Positions 28,326 to 37,716 of a stretch of 64,000 nucleotides of DNA are shown piece after piece. The stretch covers positions 7,772-71,771 of the forward strand of contig JABDHI010000004.1 of the NCBI GenBank assembly GCA_013285655.1, written 5' to 3'. The DNA is from Bacteroidota bacterium. Lineage in GTDB: Bacteria > Bacteroidota > Bacteroidia > JABEUT01. The notes below the pieces were generated by a model. It had not been told where the DNA came from, ran no database searches, and saw only the letters and a program-made list of their open reading frames with translations. Position 1 is the first letter of the stretch, and every line of letters starts with the position of its first letter. The position numbers and the translations under genes are program-made.

Positions 28326-29114
28326 TTAAATGGTCTTCCATTTCTTACGCATACTTTCTATCTCGGCATCGGTATAAAAGTACTTTATTGCCGGTGAATT
28401 ATAAAAGGTATCGAGATATTCTTTAGGTATGGTTACGCTCTTCTTGAATTCAGAATACATGCCTGCGTATTCTTTGTCTTCACCTACATTCGATGACTTA
28501 AGCTCGAAACTGTTAAGTCTTGTCAATTCTTTAATCAGTTTTTCCTTTTTGGTATTGTCAATTTCTGCCTTCATTAACAGTACTTCAATACTGCCATTCT
28601 TAAATCTGGCCGAGCCTTCTTCTTTAGGGAAGGGTTGAGCGAATATATCGATACCTAAATGCCTTTTAATATTCTTATCAAACCAGGTATAGGGTGGATC
28701 GTGATCCATCTTAGGGTTGGTAAAGTAAATGGTCTCTAATTCCTTCATGGAGAATTTTGAGTCAGCGGGCTTAACCCCTGTAATAACCTCAAAGTTCTGA
28801 AAGAAAGCTGATATGTTCCGTGCAATAGGGTCACGCATCATTGATATAATGAGCAAGGGCTTATGAAGATTGTTGGTATGGTTCAGCAAGGTGGCATCCT
28901 GCCATTCGGTAGGTATTAATTCGTGCCTGTGCAGTGTAGTCCCAGGATATTGCTCCTTAAGTGATGTGTAAACAGACATAGACGCCACCTTGCCCATTTG
29001 GTAAACAATAATAGGGATATGGCTGGCAATACTCTTGTTGAACTTATCCTGTATTTGCTTAGTGCGGATATTGCTTCGCAGCCTGTATATCAACGCACCA
29101 ATCGATTGTTTCAT
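28326..29114 (-). CDS. hypothetical protein, possibly sulfotransferase-fold / capsule-synthesis family
   Basis: 262 aa. 'IIVYQMGKVASMSVYTSL' resembles a sulfotransferase PAPS-binding loop. This is weak and based on recollection only. Confidence 0.35.
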   Translation of the reverse strand: MKQSIGALIYRLRSNIRTKQIQDKFNKSIASHIPIIVYQMGKVASMSVYTSLKEQYPGTTLHRHELIPTEWQDATLLNHTNNLHKPLLIISMMRDPIARNISAFFQNFEVITGVKPADSKFSMKELETIYFTNPKMDHDPPYTWFDKNIKRHLGIDIFAQPFPKEEGSARFKNGSIEVLLMKAEIDNTKKEKLIKELTRLNSFELKSSNVGEDKEYAGMYSEFKKSVTIPKEYLDTFYNSPAIKYFYTDAEIESMRKKWKTI

Positions 29115-29129
29115 GAAGCAGTGCCGTAC

Positions 29130-29894
29130 CTAGTTTAACTTAGCAAGTAGTTTCTTACACTTATCTTTTACGTCCTGCGCATCATCACCCTTAAAGGTGG
29201 TGTTGGCCATAGCCTGGTTAAGCCAAACCTTAGCATCGGCATACTTATCCATTTCGTAATAGGTATAAGCAAGTTCGTAGTAATGTATCAACCAATCAGG
29301 TTCAGCAACAATAGCTTTTTCAAATGCATCGGCTGCATCTTTAAAGGTAGCATCGGGTAGGGTAGCACCATAAAGGGTTTTAACGGCAAACTTCTCTACA
29401 CCATTAAATTCAGCAAGGCGCCTACACCAGCGGCCAAGCAAATGGTAAGCGCCACCATGGTGCGGAATTACCTTAAGGCATTTGTCAATGTGATCCTTCA
29501 TTATTTTGGCATTGGCAATTTGCTGTTTGTTGCTGGCAGTCTCATTTATAACGCCTACCGCAAAAGCATAGGCGTAGTTAGCCTCGCCACTTGTACTGTC
29601 TACCTTTAATGCCTTTTTAGCAAGATATAGCGCCTGGTTATAATAAGGAGCGCATACGCTTGCATCTACATCGGTCTTATCGTGCCATACCTTTGCAATA
29701 AGGTAAGATGTGTATTGAAGATAATTGATGTTGGCTGAATCTTGCTTCAGTAATCCCTGGAATATAGCCAATGCATCTTTGCTTAAGCCTGCATTGCGCA
29801 TTACCAATGCTTTCTTCATCAGGTCGGCATTAGTTTGTGCGATTAGCGTTGTACTAAAACCAAGAACAGTAAGGGCAAAAAATATCTTCTTCAT
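29130..29894 (-). CDS. secreted helical-repeat (TPR-like) protein of unknown function
   Basis: Signal peptide 'MKKIFFALTVLGFSTTLIAQ' and helical, TPR-like composition. Lies between lpd and the glycan locus. Confidence 0.5.
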   Translation of the reverse strand: MKKIFFALTVLGFSTTLIAQTNADLMKKALVMRNAGLSKDALAIFQGLLKQDSANINYLQYTSYLIAKVWHDKTDVDASVCAPYYNQALYLAKKALKVDSTSGEANYAYAFAVGVINETASNKQQIANAKIMKDHIDKCLKVIPHHGGAYHLLGRWCRRLAEFNGVEKFAVKTLYGATLPDATFKDAADAFEKAIVAEPDWLIHYYELAYTYYEMDKYADAKVWLNQAMANTTFKGDDAQDVKDKCKKLLAKLN

Positions 29895-29901
29895 GTTGTT
29901 T

Positions 29902-31287
29902 TTATAAGTGGATTACTTCTCCGTAAGCAGCAGCAGCAGCTTCCATAATAGCTTCGCTCATGGTAGGGTGAGGGTGAACCGCTTTTATCATTTCGTGGCC
30001 AGTTGTTTCCAACTTGCGGGCAACTACTATTTCAGCTATCATTTCGGTAACGTTGGCACCAATCATGTGGGCTCCTAATAATTCGCCGTATTTAGCATCA
30101 AATATCAGTTTCACAAAACCATCCTTAGCACCTGCAGCACTTGCTTTGCCCGATGCCGAGAATGGGAACTTGCCGATCTTTAATGTATACCCTGCATCTT
30201 TAGCGCCCTTTTCGGTATAACCTACCGAAGCAATTTCGGGTTGGCAATAGGTACAACCCGGTATGTTGTTGTAGTTAAGTGGTTCAGGGTTTTGACCTGC
30301 CATTTTTTCTACACATATAATACCTTCGGCACTTGCTACGTGAGCCAGTGCTTGTCCGCCAACACAATCGCCAATGGCATGTATGCCCGGTATATTGGTT
30401 TGGTAAAAGCCATTAACCTTTATCTTGCCCTTATCGGTAATAACGCCAAGTTCTTCTAAGCCAATATTCTCAAGGTTAGCTGCAATACCTACTGCTGATA
30501 ATACTATATCGCAATCAATGGTCGATTCTCCGGTCTTGTCTTTTATCTTCACCTTGCAACCTGTGCCTTTGGTGTCAACACTTTCTACCGAAGCTTCGGT
30601 CTTTATATCAATACCGATCTTACCGAATGATTTTGCCAATTGTTTCGATGTTTCTTCATCTTCAACGGGAACAATGTTTGATAACATTTCCACAATGGTT
30701 ACCTTGGTGCCCATAGTAGCATAGAAGTATGCAAACTCAGACCCAATAGCGCCTGAGCCAATTACCACCATCGATTTCGGAATGCTTGGCAATACCATTG
30801 CTTCACGGTATCCGATTATCTTTTTACCATCTATCTTCAGGGTTGGCAACTCACGAGACCTTGCACCTACAGCCACTATAATGTTCTTGGCTTCGTAATC
30901 GGTGGTTTTACCTTCTTCGGTAACACTAACCTTTTTACCAGCCTTTAATTTGCCTGTACCTTTTATAATTTCAATCTTGTTCTTTTTCATAAGGAATGCA
31001 ACACCCTTGCTCATTCCATCGGCTACGCCACGGCTACGCTTTACAACGGCTGCAAAATCTGCCTCGCCGCCATTCACCTTAATACCATAATCTGCAGCAT
31101 GTTTCAGGTATTCAAATACCTGTGCGCTTTTTAATAAAGCTTTGGTAGGTATACAGCCCCAGTTCAGGCATATTCCGCCCAGTTCACTGCGTTCAACAAT
31201 GGCCACTTTCATGCCCAGTTGCGATGCCCTAATAGCGGCAACATAACCACCCGGGCCGCTGCCTATAACAATCAAATCGTAGCTCAT
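29902..31287 (-). CDS. lpd: dihydrolipoyl dehydrogenase
   Basis: 'IVIGSGPGGYVAA', the redox-active disulfide 'GGICLNWGCIPTK', and the C-terminal 'HPHPTMSE'. Confidence 0.95.
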   Translation of the reverse strand: MSYDLIVIGSGPGGYVAAIRASQLGMKVAIVERSELGGICLNWGCIPTKALLKSAQVFEYLKHAADYGIKVNGGEADFAAVVKRSRGVADGMSKGVAFLMKKNKIEIIKGTGKLKAGKKVSVTEEGKTTDYEAKNIIVAVGARSRELPTLKIDGKKIIGYREAMVLPSIPKSMVVIGSGAIGSEFAYFYATMGTKVTIVEMLSNIVPVEDEETSKQLAKSFGKIGIDIKTEASVESVDTKGTGCKVKIKDKTGESTIDCDIVLSAVGIAANLENIGLEELGVITDKGKIKVNGFYQTNIPGIHAIGDCVGGQALAHVASAEGIICVEKMAGQNPEPLNYNNIPGCTYCQPEIASVGYTEKGAKDAGYTLKIGKFPFSASGKASAAGAKDGFVKLIFDAKYGELLGAHMIGANVTEMIAEIVVARKLETTGHEMIKAVHPHPTMSEAIMEAAAAAYGEVIHL

Positions 31288-31440
31288 ATTCGGTATAAAT
31301 TAGTAGGGTGCGAAAATAATAAAAATAGTATTGGGTATTGAGTATTAGGTATTGAGACTAAGGCACGGCATATGGCCCTCCTTACAATGGGCGTTAATAA
31401 TAACTGAGAACTGATTACTGACTACTAAAACCTAAATTCG

Positions 31441-31448
31441 TATCTTTG
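31441..31448 (+). promoter_or_regulatory. candidate -7 promoter box (TATCTTTG) for the M61 peptidase gene
   Basis: Exact TAnnTTTG match 18 nt upstream of the ATG at 31466. Confidence 0.4.
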
Positions 31449-31465
31449 CACAACTCAGGTAGTTT

Positions 31466-33217
31466 ATGAAGTATATCATTTCTTACGCCCCTCATCATCA
31501 GCACTTTATCGATATTGAATTGGTCGTTCCCGTTACCGGCGATAAAACCACTGTGCAGTCTGCTGCATGGAGGCCAGGCCGCTATGAACTGGGTAACTTT
31601 ACCAAGAACGTTAGGGGATGGGGCGCTTTTGATGCACATGGCAAAAAACTTACCTTTCGTAAGATAAATAAAGACCAGTGGGAAGTAGATACCCAGGGCC
31701 TTAAAACATTTCATGTAAAGTACAGCTATTATGCTGCCGACCTTAATGCAGGTTCTACTTATGTAGACGATAACCAGCTTTACATGAACCCGGTTAACTG
31801 CTGCATGTATGTACCGGAACATATGGCCGGCCTGTTGCAAATGGAGCTTTTGCTGCCCGAAGGTTACCGCATAGCTACATCTATGAAAAAGGGTAAAGAG
31901 AAGCAGGAGGGTAAGCTTTACCGCCATACCCTGTATGCTGCCAATTTCGAAGAACTTGCCGATAGCCCCCTTATAGCCAGTGCCACGCTTAAGCACAATA
32001 CCTTTGTAATGGATGGCATTGAGTTCCACTTGTGGATGCAGGGCGAATGCAAGCCCGATTGGGCACGTATCATCAACGACTTTTTCATCTTTATAAACGA
32101 TATGGTTTTGATGATGAAGGGCAGCCCTGTTAAAGAATATCATTTCCTGTTCCATATATTACCATATAAGTTTCACCACGGGGTTGAGCATTTATCATCT
32201 ACCGTTATTGCTATGGGGCCTTCGTATAACCTTATGAAGGATGACCTGTACAACGACTTCCTGGGTATATCGTGTCACGAACTTTTCCATAGCTGGAATA
32301 TTAAGACCATTCGCCCGGTTGAAATGTACCCTTACAACTATACCCGCGAAAACTACTCTCGCTTGGGTTATGTATACGAAGGTGTTACAACCTATTATGG
32401 CGATTATTTGTTGCTGCGTGCCGGTGTGTTCAGTGAGTTTGAATACCTGAAGGCCAACCAGCGCGAGGTACAGAAGCACTTCGACAACTTTGGGCGTTAC
32501 AACCTGAGTGTTGCCGATTCTTCGTTCGATACCTGGCTCGATGGGTATGTATCGGGTATACCGTTCCGTAAGGTTTCTATCTACACCGAAGGTTCTATAC
32601 TGGCCTTTATTACCGATATGTTTATACGCAAGCATACGCACAACGCTAAGAGTTTAGATGATGTAATGCGTACACTTTACCACGACTATGCTTTGCAAGG
32701 TAAATCGTATTCTGAGGATACGTATAAGCTGGTAGTAGAACAAGCTGCAGGTGGTGCATCATTCGACGATATTTTTAATAACTATATCAATACTGCTTCC
32801 GACCTCGAAAAGCCTTTCCGTGAGGCACTGAACCACATTGGTATGGTGTTGCACACATCTCCGGCTAAAAAATATTGCGAACGCTATTGGGGATTGAAGG
32901 TTACTGAAGAAGCATCTCGCTATAAGGTTACATCTATTGCTCCGGGCTCTCCCGGCGAGGCATCGGGTATATGTGTGAACGACGAAATAGTAACTATAAA
33001 TGGCCATATACTTAAAGCTAATTTACACGACTGGTGCGCTTTTTACGAAAATGAAGAAGTGAATTTGGTTGTATTAGCCGACCAGGTTAGGAGGGAAGTG
33101 AAGATAAGTACTATCCCTGGCAAAGAGTTCTTTCCGCTTTACCATATGACCAAAACCCGCAGCGCCAACCTCGAACAGCAAGCTGCATACAGGGCCTGGA
33201 GCAACCGCGAATACTAA
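31466..33217 (+). CDS. M61 family (glycyl aminopeptidase-type) metallopeptidase with C-terminal PDZ domain
   Basis: Zinc motif 'HELFHSWN' and the PDZ-like 'VTSIAPGSPGEASGICVNDEIVTINGH'. 583 aa. Confidence 0.8.
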   Translation: MKYIISYAPHHQHFIDIELVVPVTGDKTTVQSAAWRPGRYELGNFTKNVRGWGAFDAHGKKLTFRKINKDQWEVDTQGLKTFHVKYSYYAADLNAGSTYVDDNQLYMNPVNCCMYVPEHMAGLLQMELLLPEGYRIATSMKKGKEKQEGKLYRHTLYAANFEELADSPLIASATLKHNTFVMDGIEFHLWMQGECKPDWARIINDFFIFINDMVLMMKGSPVKEYHFLFHILPYKFHHGVEHLSSTVIAMGPSYNLMKDDLYNDFLGISCHELFHSWNIKTIRPVEMYPYNYTRENYSRLGYVYEGVTTYYGDYLLLRAGVFSEFEYLKANQREVQKHFDNFGRYNLSVADSSFDTWLDGYVSGIPFRKVSIYTEGSILAFITDMFIRKHTHNAKSLDDVMRTLYHDYALQGKSYSEDTYKLVVEQAAGGASFDDIFNNYINTASDLEKPFREALNHIGMVLHTSPAKKYCERYWGLKVTEEASRYKVTSIAPGSPGEASGICVNDEIVTINGHILKANLHDWCAFYENEEVNLVVLADQVRREVKISTIPGKEFFPLYHMTKTRSANLEQQAAYRAWSNREY

Positions 33218-33227
33218 ATTAATTGTG

Positions 33228-33299
33228 AATTGTAAATGGTGAGTTGTGAACGATAAAGTTTCGTTTGAAAGCACTATTTTTAATTCACCATTTACAATT
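33228..33299. terminator. 15-bp perfect inverted repeat between convergent genes (possible bidirectional terminator / palindromic element)
   Basis: 'aattgtaaatggtga' (33228-33242) and its exact complement 'tcaccatttacaatt' (33285-33299), separated by 42 nt. The loop is long, so terminator function is uncertain. Confidence 0.35.
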
Positions 33300-33580
33300 T
33301 ACCATTCACCATTATTTCGAGAACAGCTTGACATCTGTATAAAAATGCCCGGTAAGCATTTTAACCTGTTCAGCTCAGCTTCGGTATAACGGCGGGTATC
33401 GCCGGGGCGTGGTTGCAACTTAAGGCCATCGCGATAGAAATAGATTCCCTTGGTGTTAGTCTCTAAAAAGAAATAAGGGCGGAACTCCGCTATTTCAACT
33501 ATCCTCCGTTTGCCCTTCAGCAGGTCGTGCAGGTAGGCCCGCTTTGCTGAGGGTGTTTTCAATTTGTGTGTTGACCACAT
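33299..33580 (-). CDS. hypothetical protein (overlaps the upstream ORF by about 86-101 nt in another frame)
   Basis: Tracked 98-aa ORF. First ATG at 33580 (MWSTHKLKTPSAKRAYLHDLL...). No recognisable motif. May be the displaced 3' part of a frameshifted gene. Confidence 0.35.
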   Translation of the reverse strand: MWSTHKLKTPSAKRAYLHDLLKGKRRIVEIAEFRPYFFLETNTKGIYFYRDGLKLQPRPGDTRRYTEAELNRLKCLPGIFIQMSSCSRNNGEW

Positions 33581-33857
33581 GTTGTAGTTTTTCAAAAAGT
33601 TCTAATACTTGTTCATCGCTAAGCCCGTCGAGCAGGTTTTCTGCTTCGGGTTTTACTTTGGCAAGGCCATAAGGCAATAGGGCGCAATAAAACTGTACCT
33701 TGTCTTTCCCTTGCAGTTGCTCAAATTCGGCCTGTACTTTTTCAAAGTTGTTGAGCAGAAACTGGGCTATAGCTTCTTTTAATTCTCGTTTGGCTTGGTT
33801 CATCGAACCCTTGGGCCTTCCGCCCGGGTTACCCGATTGCCCTTGTTCGAATGGCAT
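33495..33857 (-). CDS. phage-associated small protein (DUF5681-like N-terminus)
   Basis: The N-terminal 'GQSGNPGGRPKGS' motif is recalled from small phage/mobile-element proteins. 120 aa. Confidence 0.5.
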   Translation of the reverse strand: MPFEQGQSGNPGGRPKGSMNQAKRELKEAIAQFLLNNFEKVQAEFEQLQGKDKVQFYCALLPYGLAKVKPEAENLLDGLSDEQVLELFEKLQHVVNTQIENTLSKAGLPARPAEGQTEDS

Positions 33858-33925
33858 GGCTTTTTAATTAAGAATTAGGAATTAAAAATTACGAATGGTT
33901 ATTCCTAATTAAGTGGTGTTTTGTT

Positions 33926-33967
33926 CGTCACTGCAAGTCCCGTCATTGCAAGGAACGAAGCAATCTC
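33926..33967. repeat. REP-like intergenic element (tandem CGTCAYTGCAAG half-sites plus ATTGC/GCAAT hairpin)
   Basis: 'cgtcactgcaagtcc cgtcattgcaaggaacgaagcaatctc'. The 'gtcattgc.aggaacgaagcaatc' core resembles an intergenic repeat I recall as widespread in Bacteroidota genomes. I noticed only one copy in this window. Confidence 0.35.
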
Positions 33968-34184
33968 AGAATTACAATGCAAAAATAGGTGGTTTTATAC
34001 CCTGTAGTAAATAAAATGTTTAGTAGTTATAAACAACCCAAATTGCTGGGTGGGTTATTGATAATAACAATGAAATACAATAGAGTGAAAACGTAATAAA
34101 CGGCATAAATAATTGACTGTCAATTATTTCCGTGTTTATGGAATACTCCGGTTTATATATGTTTGAATTTCGTAGCTTTGATTT

Positions 34185-35078
34185 ATGAGCCAGTTGGAGA
34201 CAATAGAACAGTTCTATGAGCGCAAGCACAAATGGATGCCTGATAATCTTCGTGGCCAAATTGGCCACTTTAATGTATTTAAACTTGAGCCCTTTATAGG
34301 AGAAAGCCCAAAGCCTTTGCCGTATATACAGAGAGATTATTTTAAGGTTAGCTTGTTTATTGGCGAGAGTAAGGTTGAATACGCCGATAGGGAATTTAAA
34401 ATAGAGAAACAGGCTTTGGTATTTACAAACCCATTCATCCCCTATAGTTGTGTAGGGCCAAAGCGAACTGGTTTCTTCTGTATCTTCAATCAAAACTTTT
34501 TTCACCAGTTTGGTGACCTTAAGCAATATTCTATTTTTCAGCCTAACGGCAACCATGTGTTTGAGCTAACTAAAGAACAGTTGAAAACAGTAAAGGCTAT
34601 TTTTGAACGTATGCTGGAAGAAGTAAGTTCTGATTATCAACATAAGTATGACCTGCTAAGAACACTTGTATTGGAGTTAGTGCACTTCGCCATGAAAATG
34701 CAGCCAGCGTCTGAACAAGACAATCACCCTAAAAACGCTTCACAACGCATTTCTACCATGTTTATGGACCTGTTAGAGCGCCAGTTTCCGGTAGATGAAA
34801 ATCATCCACAGGTTCAATTGCGTTCTGCTTCCGACTTTGCCGAACACCTTAATGTCCATGTTAATCACCTTAACAGGGCCATTAAAGAAATTACACAAAA
34901 AACCACTTCCCAGGTTATAGCCGAGCGTATCTTGCAGGAATCTAAGGTGCTGCTAAAGCATAGCGAGTGGAATGTATCTGAAATAGCAGACTCACTGGGT
35001 TTTACAGAGCCCACCCATTTCAATAACTTCTTTAAAAAGCATACAAGGCTTAGCCCCATGAAATTCAAGAATGTTTGA
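34185..35078 (+). CDS. AraC family transcriptional regulator
   Basis: C-terminal double-HTH region 'FAEHLNVHVNHLNRAIKEIT...IADSLGFTEPTHFNNFFKKHTRLSP'. Confidence 0.9.
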   Translation: MSQLETIEQFYERKHKWMPDNLRGQIGHFNVFKLEPFIGESPKPLPYIQRDYFKVSLFIGESKVEYADREFKIEKQALVFTNPFIPYSCVGPKRTGFFCIFNQNFFHQFGDLKQYSIFQPNGNHVFELTKEQLKTVKAIFERMLEEVSSDYQHKYDLLRTLVLELVHFAMKMQPASEQDNHPKNASQRISTMFMDLLERQFPVDENHPQVQLRSASDFAEHLNVHVNHLNRAIKEITQKTTSQVIAERILQESKVLLKHSEWNVSEIADSLGFTEPTHFNNFFKKHTRLSPMKFKNV

Positions 35079-35183
35079 ATTTCGTAATCTCTTGTTTGAT
35101 TTATATTACCGCTTACCTTTAGTTTGAATGTAGTTTTGTGTTAGAATTCTGATTCAACATAAAATTCAAATAACAAAGAATAT

Positions 35184-36029
35184 ATGAATAATAACAAAGT
35201 TTGGTTCATTACCGGCGCAGGCCGTGGAATGGGCATGGAGATTGCAAAAGCAGTTTTGGCTGCGGGACACAAGGTTGTGGCTACAGGCCGTAATACTGAT
35301 AAAATTGCCGCGGCACTTGGTAAATCGGATGACTTACTGATAGTTAAGCTGGATATTACAAATGTAACCGAGGCTGAAGCTGCTGCTAAGGCCACTATTC
35401 AGAAGTTTGGCAGTATAGATGTATTGGTAAACAACGCCGCTAGTTTTTATGCAGGCTACTTTGAAGAGCTAACTCCGGAGCAAATGCAGCACCAGTTAAC
35501 AACCAGCCTTGTCGGGCCAATGAATGTAACCCGTGCAATATTACCCCTTATGCGTAAACAGCACTCAGGACAGATCATTACTATTTCATCCACCGCAGGT
35601 TTTAGTGGCTTTGAATTTGGAACCGCCTATGCTGCATCTAAATTCGGACTTGAAGGCTGGATGGAATCATTGCAAGGCGAGATTGAACCATTTGGTATTC
35701 AAACCATGACTGTTAACCCCGGTTTCTTTCGTACAGAACTTCTTACTACGGAGTCAACAAACTATGCCACTCATTTAGTAGATGATTATAATGAACGTAG
35801 AGCTTTACAACTTGAGTTTTGGAAATCGCAGAATGGCAAACAGGCGGGCGACCCGGCTAAGTTGGCGCAAGCACTCATTAAGCTTTCAAATGAAAAGGAA
35901 ATGCCACGCCGTTTCATAGCAGGCGCAGATGCAATTGGCGCAGCAGAACAGAAAGTTGCGCTTTTTCAAAAGCAGATAAATGATTACCGAGAACTATCTT
36001 CCTCACTCGCTTACAAAGACAATAATTAA
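35184..36029 (+). CDS. SDR family oxidoreductase (classical short-chain dehydrogenase)
   Basis: 'WFITGAGRGMG', 'NNAA' and 'YAASKFGLEG'. Confidence 0.9.
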   Translation: MNNNKVWFITGAGRGMGMEIAKAVLAAGHKVVATGRNTDKIAAALGKSDDLLIVKLDITNVTEAEAAAKATIQKFGSIDVLVNNAASFYAGYFEELTPEQMQHQLTTSLVGPMNVTRAILPLMRKQHSGQIITISSTAGFSGFEFGTAYAASKFGLEGWMESLQGEIEPFGIQTMTVNPGFFRTELLTTESTNYATHLVDDYNERRALQLEFWKSQNGKQAGDPAKLAQALIKLSNEKEMPRRFIAGADAIGAAEQKVALFQKQINDYRELSSSLAYKDNN

Positions 36030-36053
36030 CCAACCCCATTTTTTTTTAATATC

Positions 36054-36455
36054 ATGAACGACCAAAATCAAATATTCCCTATAGGGGAAAAACTACCGGC
36101 CGATTATTTTACCGGAGCAGCCAGTCTTTATACGCTTGTTCCTAAAGATGAAACAGGAACATTTACCGCCGGAAGTGTAACGTTTGAACCGGGTGCCCGC
36201 ACTAACTGGCACACGCACCCATTGGGGCAGATACTGCTAGTTATTAATGGTAACGGATTTTACCAGGAGAAAGGTAAGTCTGCCAGGGCCATAGCAAAAG
36301 GCGATGTGGTAATTATTCCATCGCATATAGAACATTGGCACGGAGCTGCTAAGGATACCGCAATGACGCATATTGCCATTACTAATATCGGTGAGCAAGG
36401 GCCTGCAGATTGGCTGGCGCCTGTTAGTGATGCTGATTATTTGAGTGTGCAATAA
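36054..36455 (+). CDS. cupin domain protein
   Basis: 133 aa. Cupin motifs 'TNWHTHPLGQIL' and 'IPSHIEHWHGA'. Confidence 0.75.
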   Translation: MNDQNQIFPIGEKLPADYFTGAASLYTLVPKDETGTFTAGSVTFEPGARTNWHTHPLGQILLVINGNGFYQEKGKSARAIAKGDVVIIPSHIEHWHGAAKDTAMTHIAITNIGEQGPADWLAPVSDADYLSVQ

Positions 36456-36655
36456 GAATTATCTTATGCTATAAATAAAAACATTCGGCATTCCTTAGTT
36501 TTTTATTGAAACATCAAAACTCATAAAGGGCTGACACTGTGCCTTTCGTGAAGAAACATGATTTGTGTCACATCGTGGCATGTCGCAGGTCATAAGTAAG
36601 GGGGTATGGTAACGGTAGTATAGCACTACTAAACAATACCTAAAACCCCAATATC

Positions 36656-37693
36656 ATGAAAGCATTAGTTTATCACGGCCCCGGAAAAATGGCCTGGGAA
36701 GAAAAGCCGACCCCAACAATTACAAAACCAACCGACGCAATTGTAAAAATTTTAAAAACTACCATTTGCGGCACCGACCTGCATATAATGAAGGGCGACC
36801 TGCCGGCAGTTACCAATGGTAGAATAATTGGCCACGAAGGAGTAGGCATAGTAGAAGAAGTTGGAAGCGCAGTAAGTAATTACAAAAAAGGCGATCACGT
36901 TATTATATCCTGCATTACATCGTGCGGTAAGTGCGAGTATTGCAAAAGAGGTATGTACTCTCATTGCACCGATGGTGGATGGATTTTGGGTAACCTGATT
37001 GATGGTACGCAGGCTGAGTATGTAAGAATACCGTATGCCGATAATAGCCTTTACCCAATACCTGCAGGTTCTGATGAAGAAGCGTTGGTTATGCTAAGTG
37101 ATATTTTGCCTACCGGCTTTGAATGTGGTGTGCTGAATGGAAAGGTGCAACCCGGCGATACCTTGGCAATTGTAGGCGCAGGGCCAATTGGTATGGCAGC
37201 TTTATTAACAGCTCAATTCTTTACACCGTCAGAAATTATTGTGATTGACCTGGACGATAACCGCCTTGCTACCGCTAAGAAATTCGGCGCTACACATACA
37301 ATTAACAGCAGTGATGGTAAAGCAGTTGAAAAAGTACTGGCACTAACCAATGGCAAGGGAGTTGACACGGCTATTGAGGCTGTTGGCACACCTGTAACCT
37401 TCGGAATTTGCGAAGCAATTGTTGCAGCAGGCGGACATCTTGCCAATATTGGTGTGCACGGTAAAAGTGTTACCCTGCATATGGAAACACTCTGGTCGAA
37501 GAATATAACCTTAACAACCCGCCTGGTTGATACCATTACAACACCCATGTTGTTTAAAAATGTTCAATCGAAGAAAATAGAGCCGAAGCAATTAATTACT
37601 CACCATTTTAAATTAGATGAAATAGTAAAGGCCTATGATACGTTCGGGAACGCAGCAAGAGAGAAGGCTTTGAAAGTGATACTTACAGCATAA
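36656..37693 (+). CDS. zinc-dependent alcohol dehydrogenase (MDR family)
   Basis: 'ICGTDLH', 'GHEGVGIVEEVG', the structural-zinc Cys cluster 'CGKCEYCKRGMYSHC', and 'VGAGPIG'. Confidence 0.9.
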   Translation: MKALVYHGPGKMAWEEKPTPTITKPTDAIVKILKTTICGTDLHIMKGDLPAVTNGRIIGHEGVGIVEEVGSAVSNYKKGDHVIISCITSCGKCEYCKRGMYSHCTDGGWILGNLIDGTQAEYVRIPYADNSLYPIPAGSDEEALVMLSDILPTGFECGVLNGKVQPGDTLAIVGAGPIGMAALLTAQFFTPSEIIVIDLDDNRLATAKKFGATHTINSSDGKAVEKVLALTNGKGVDTAIEAVGTPVTFGICEAIVAAGGHLANIGVHGKSVTLHMETLWSKNITLTTRLVDTITTPMLFKNVQSKKIEPKQLITHHFKLDEIVKAYDTFGNAAREKALKVILTA

Positions 37694-37716
37694 CTGAACC
37701 CTGATAATAAGACAAT

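Noticed and set aside
31415-32155. 246-aa minus-strand ORF
   Set aside because: It lies almost entirely antisense to the well-supported M61 peptidase gene (HExxH, PDZ). Its composition is odd and it has no motifs. It is a shadow ORF.
33299-34184. Prophage, integrative element or defence island at the housekeeping/accessory junction
   Set aside because: Only one or two small phage-like ORFs are present. There is no integrase, recombinase, tRNA, att-type direct repeat, nuclease, helicase or other defence hallmark. I treated it as a remnant only.
34020-34556. 178-aa minus-strand ORF
   Set aside because: It overlaps the 5' part of the convincing AraC gene on the opposite strand and extends into AT-rich intergenic DNA. 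The sequence is low-complexity with no motifs.
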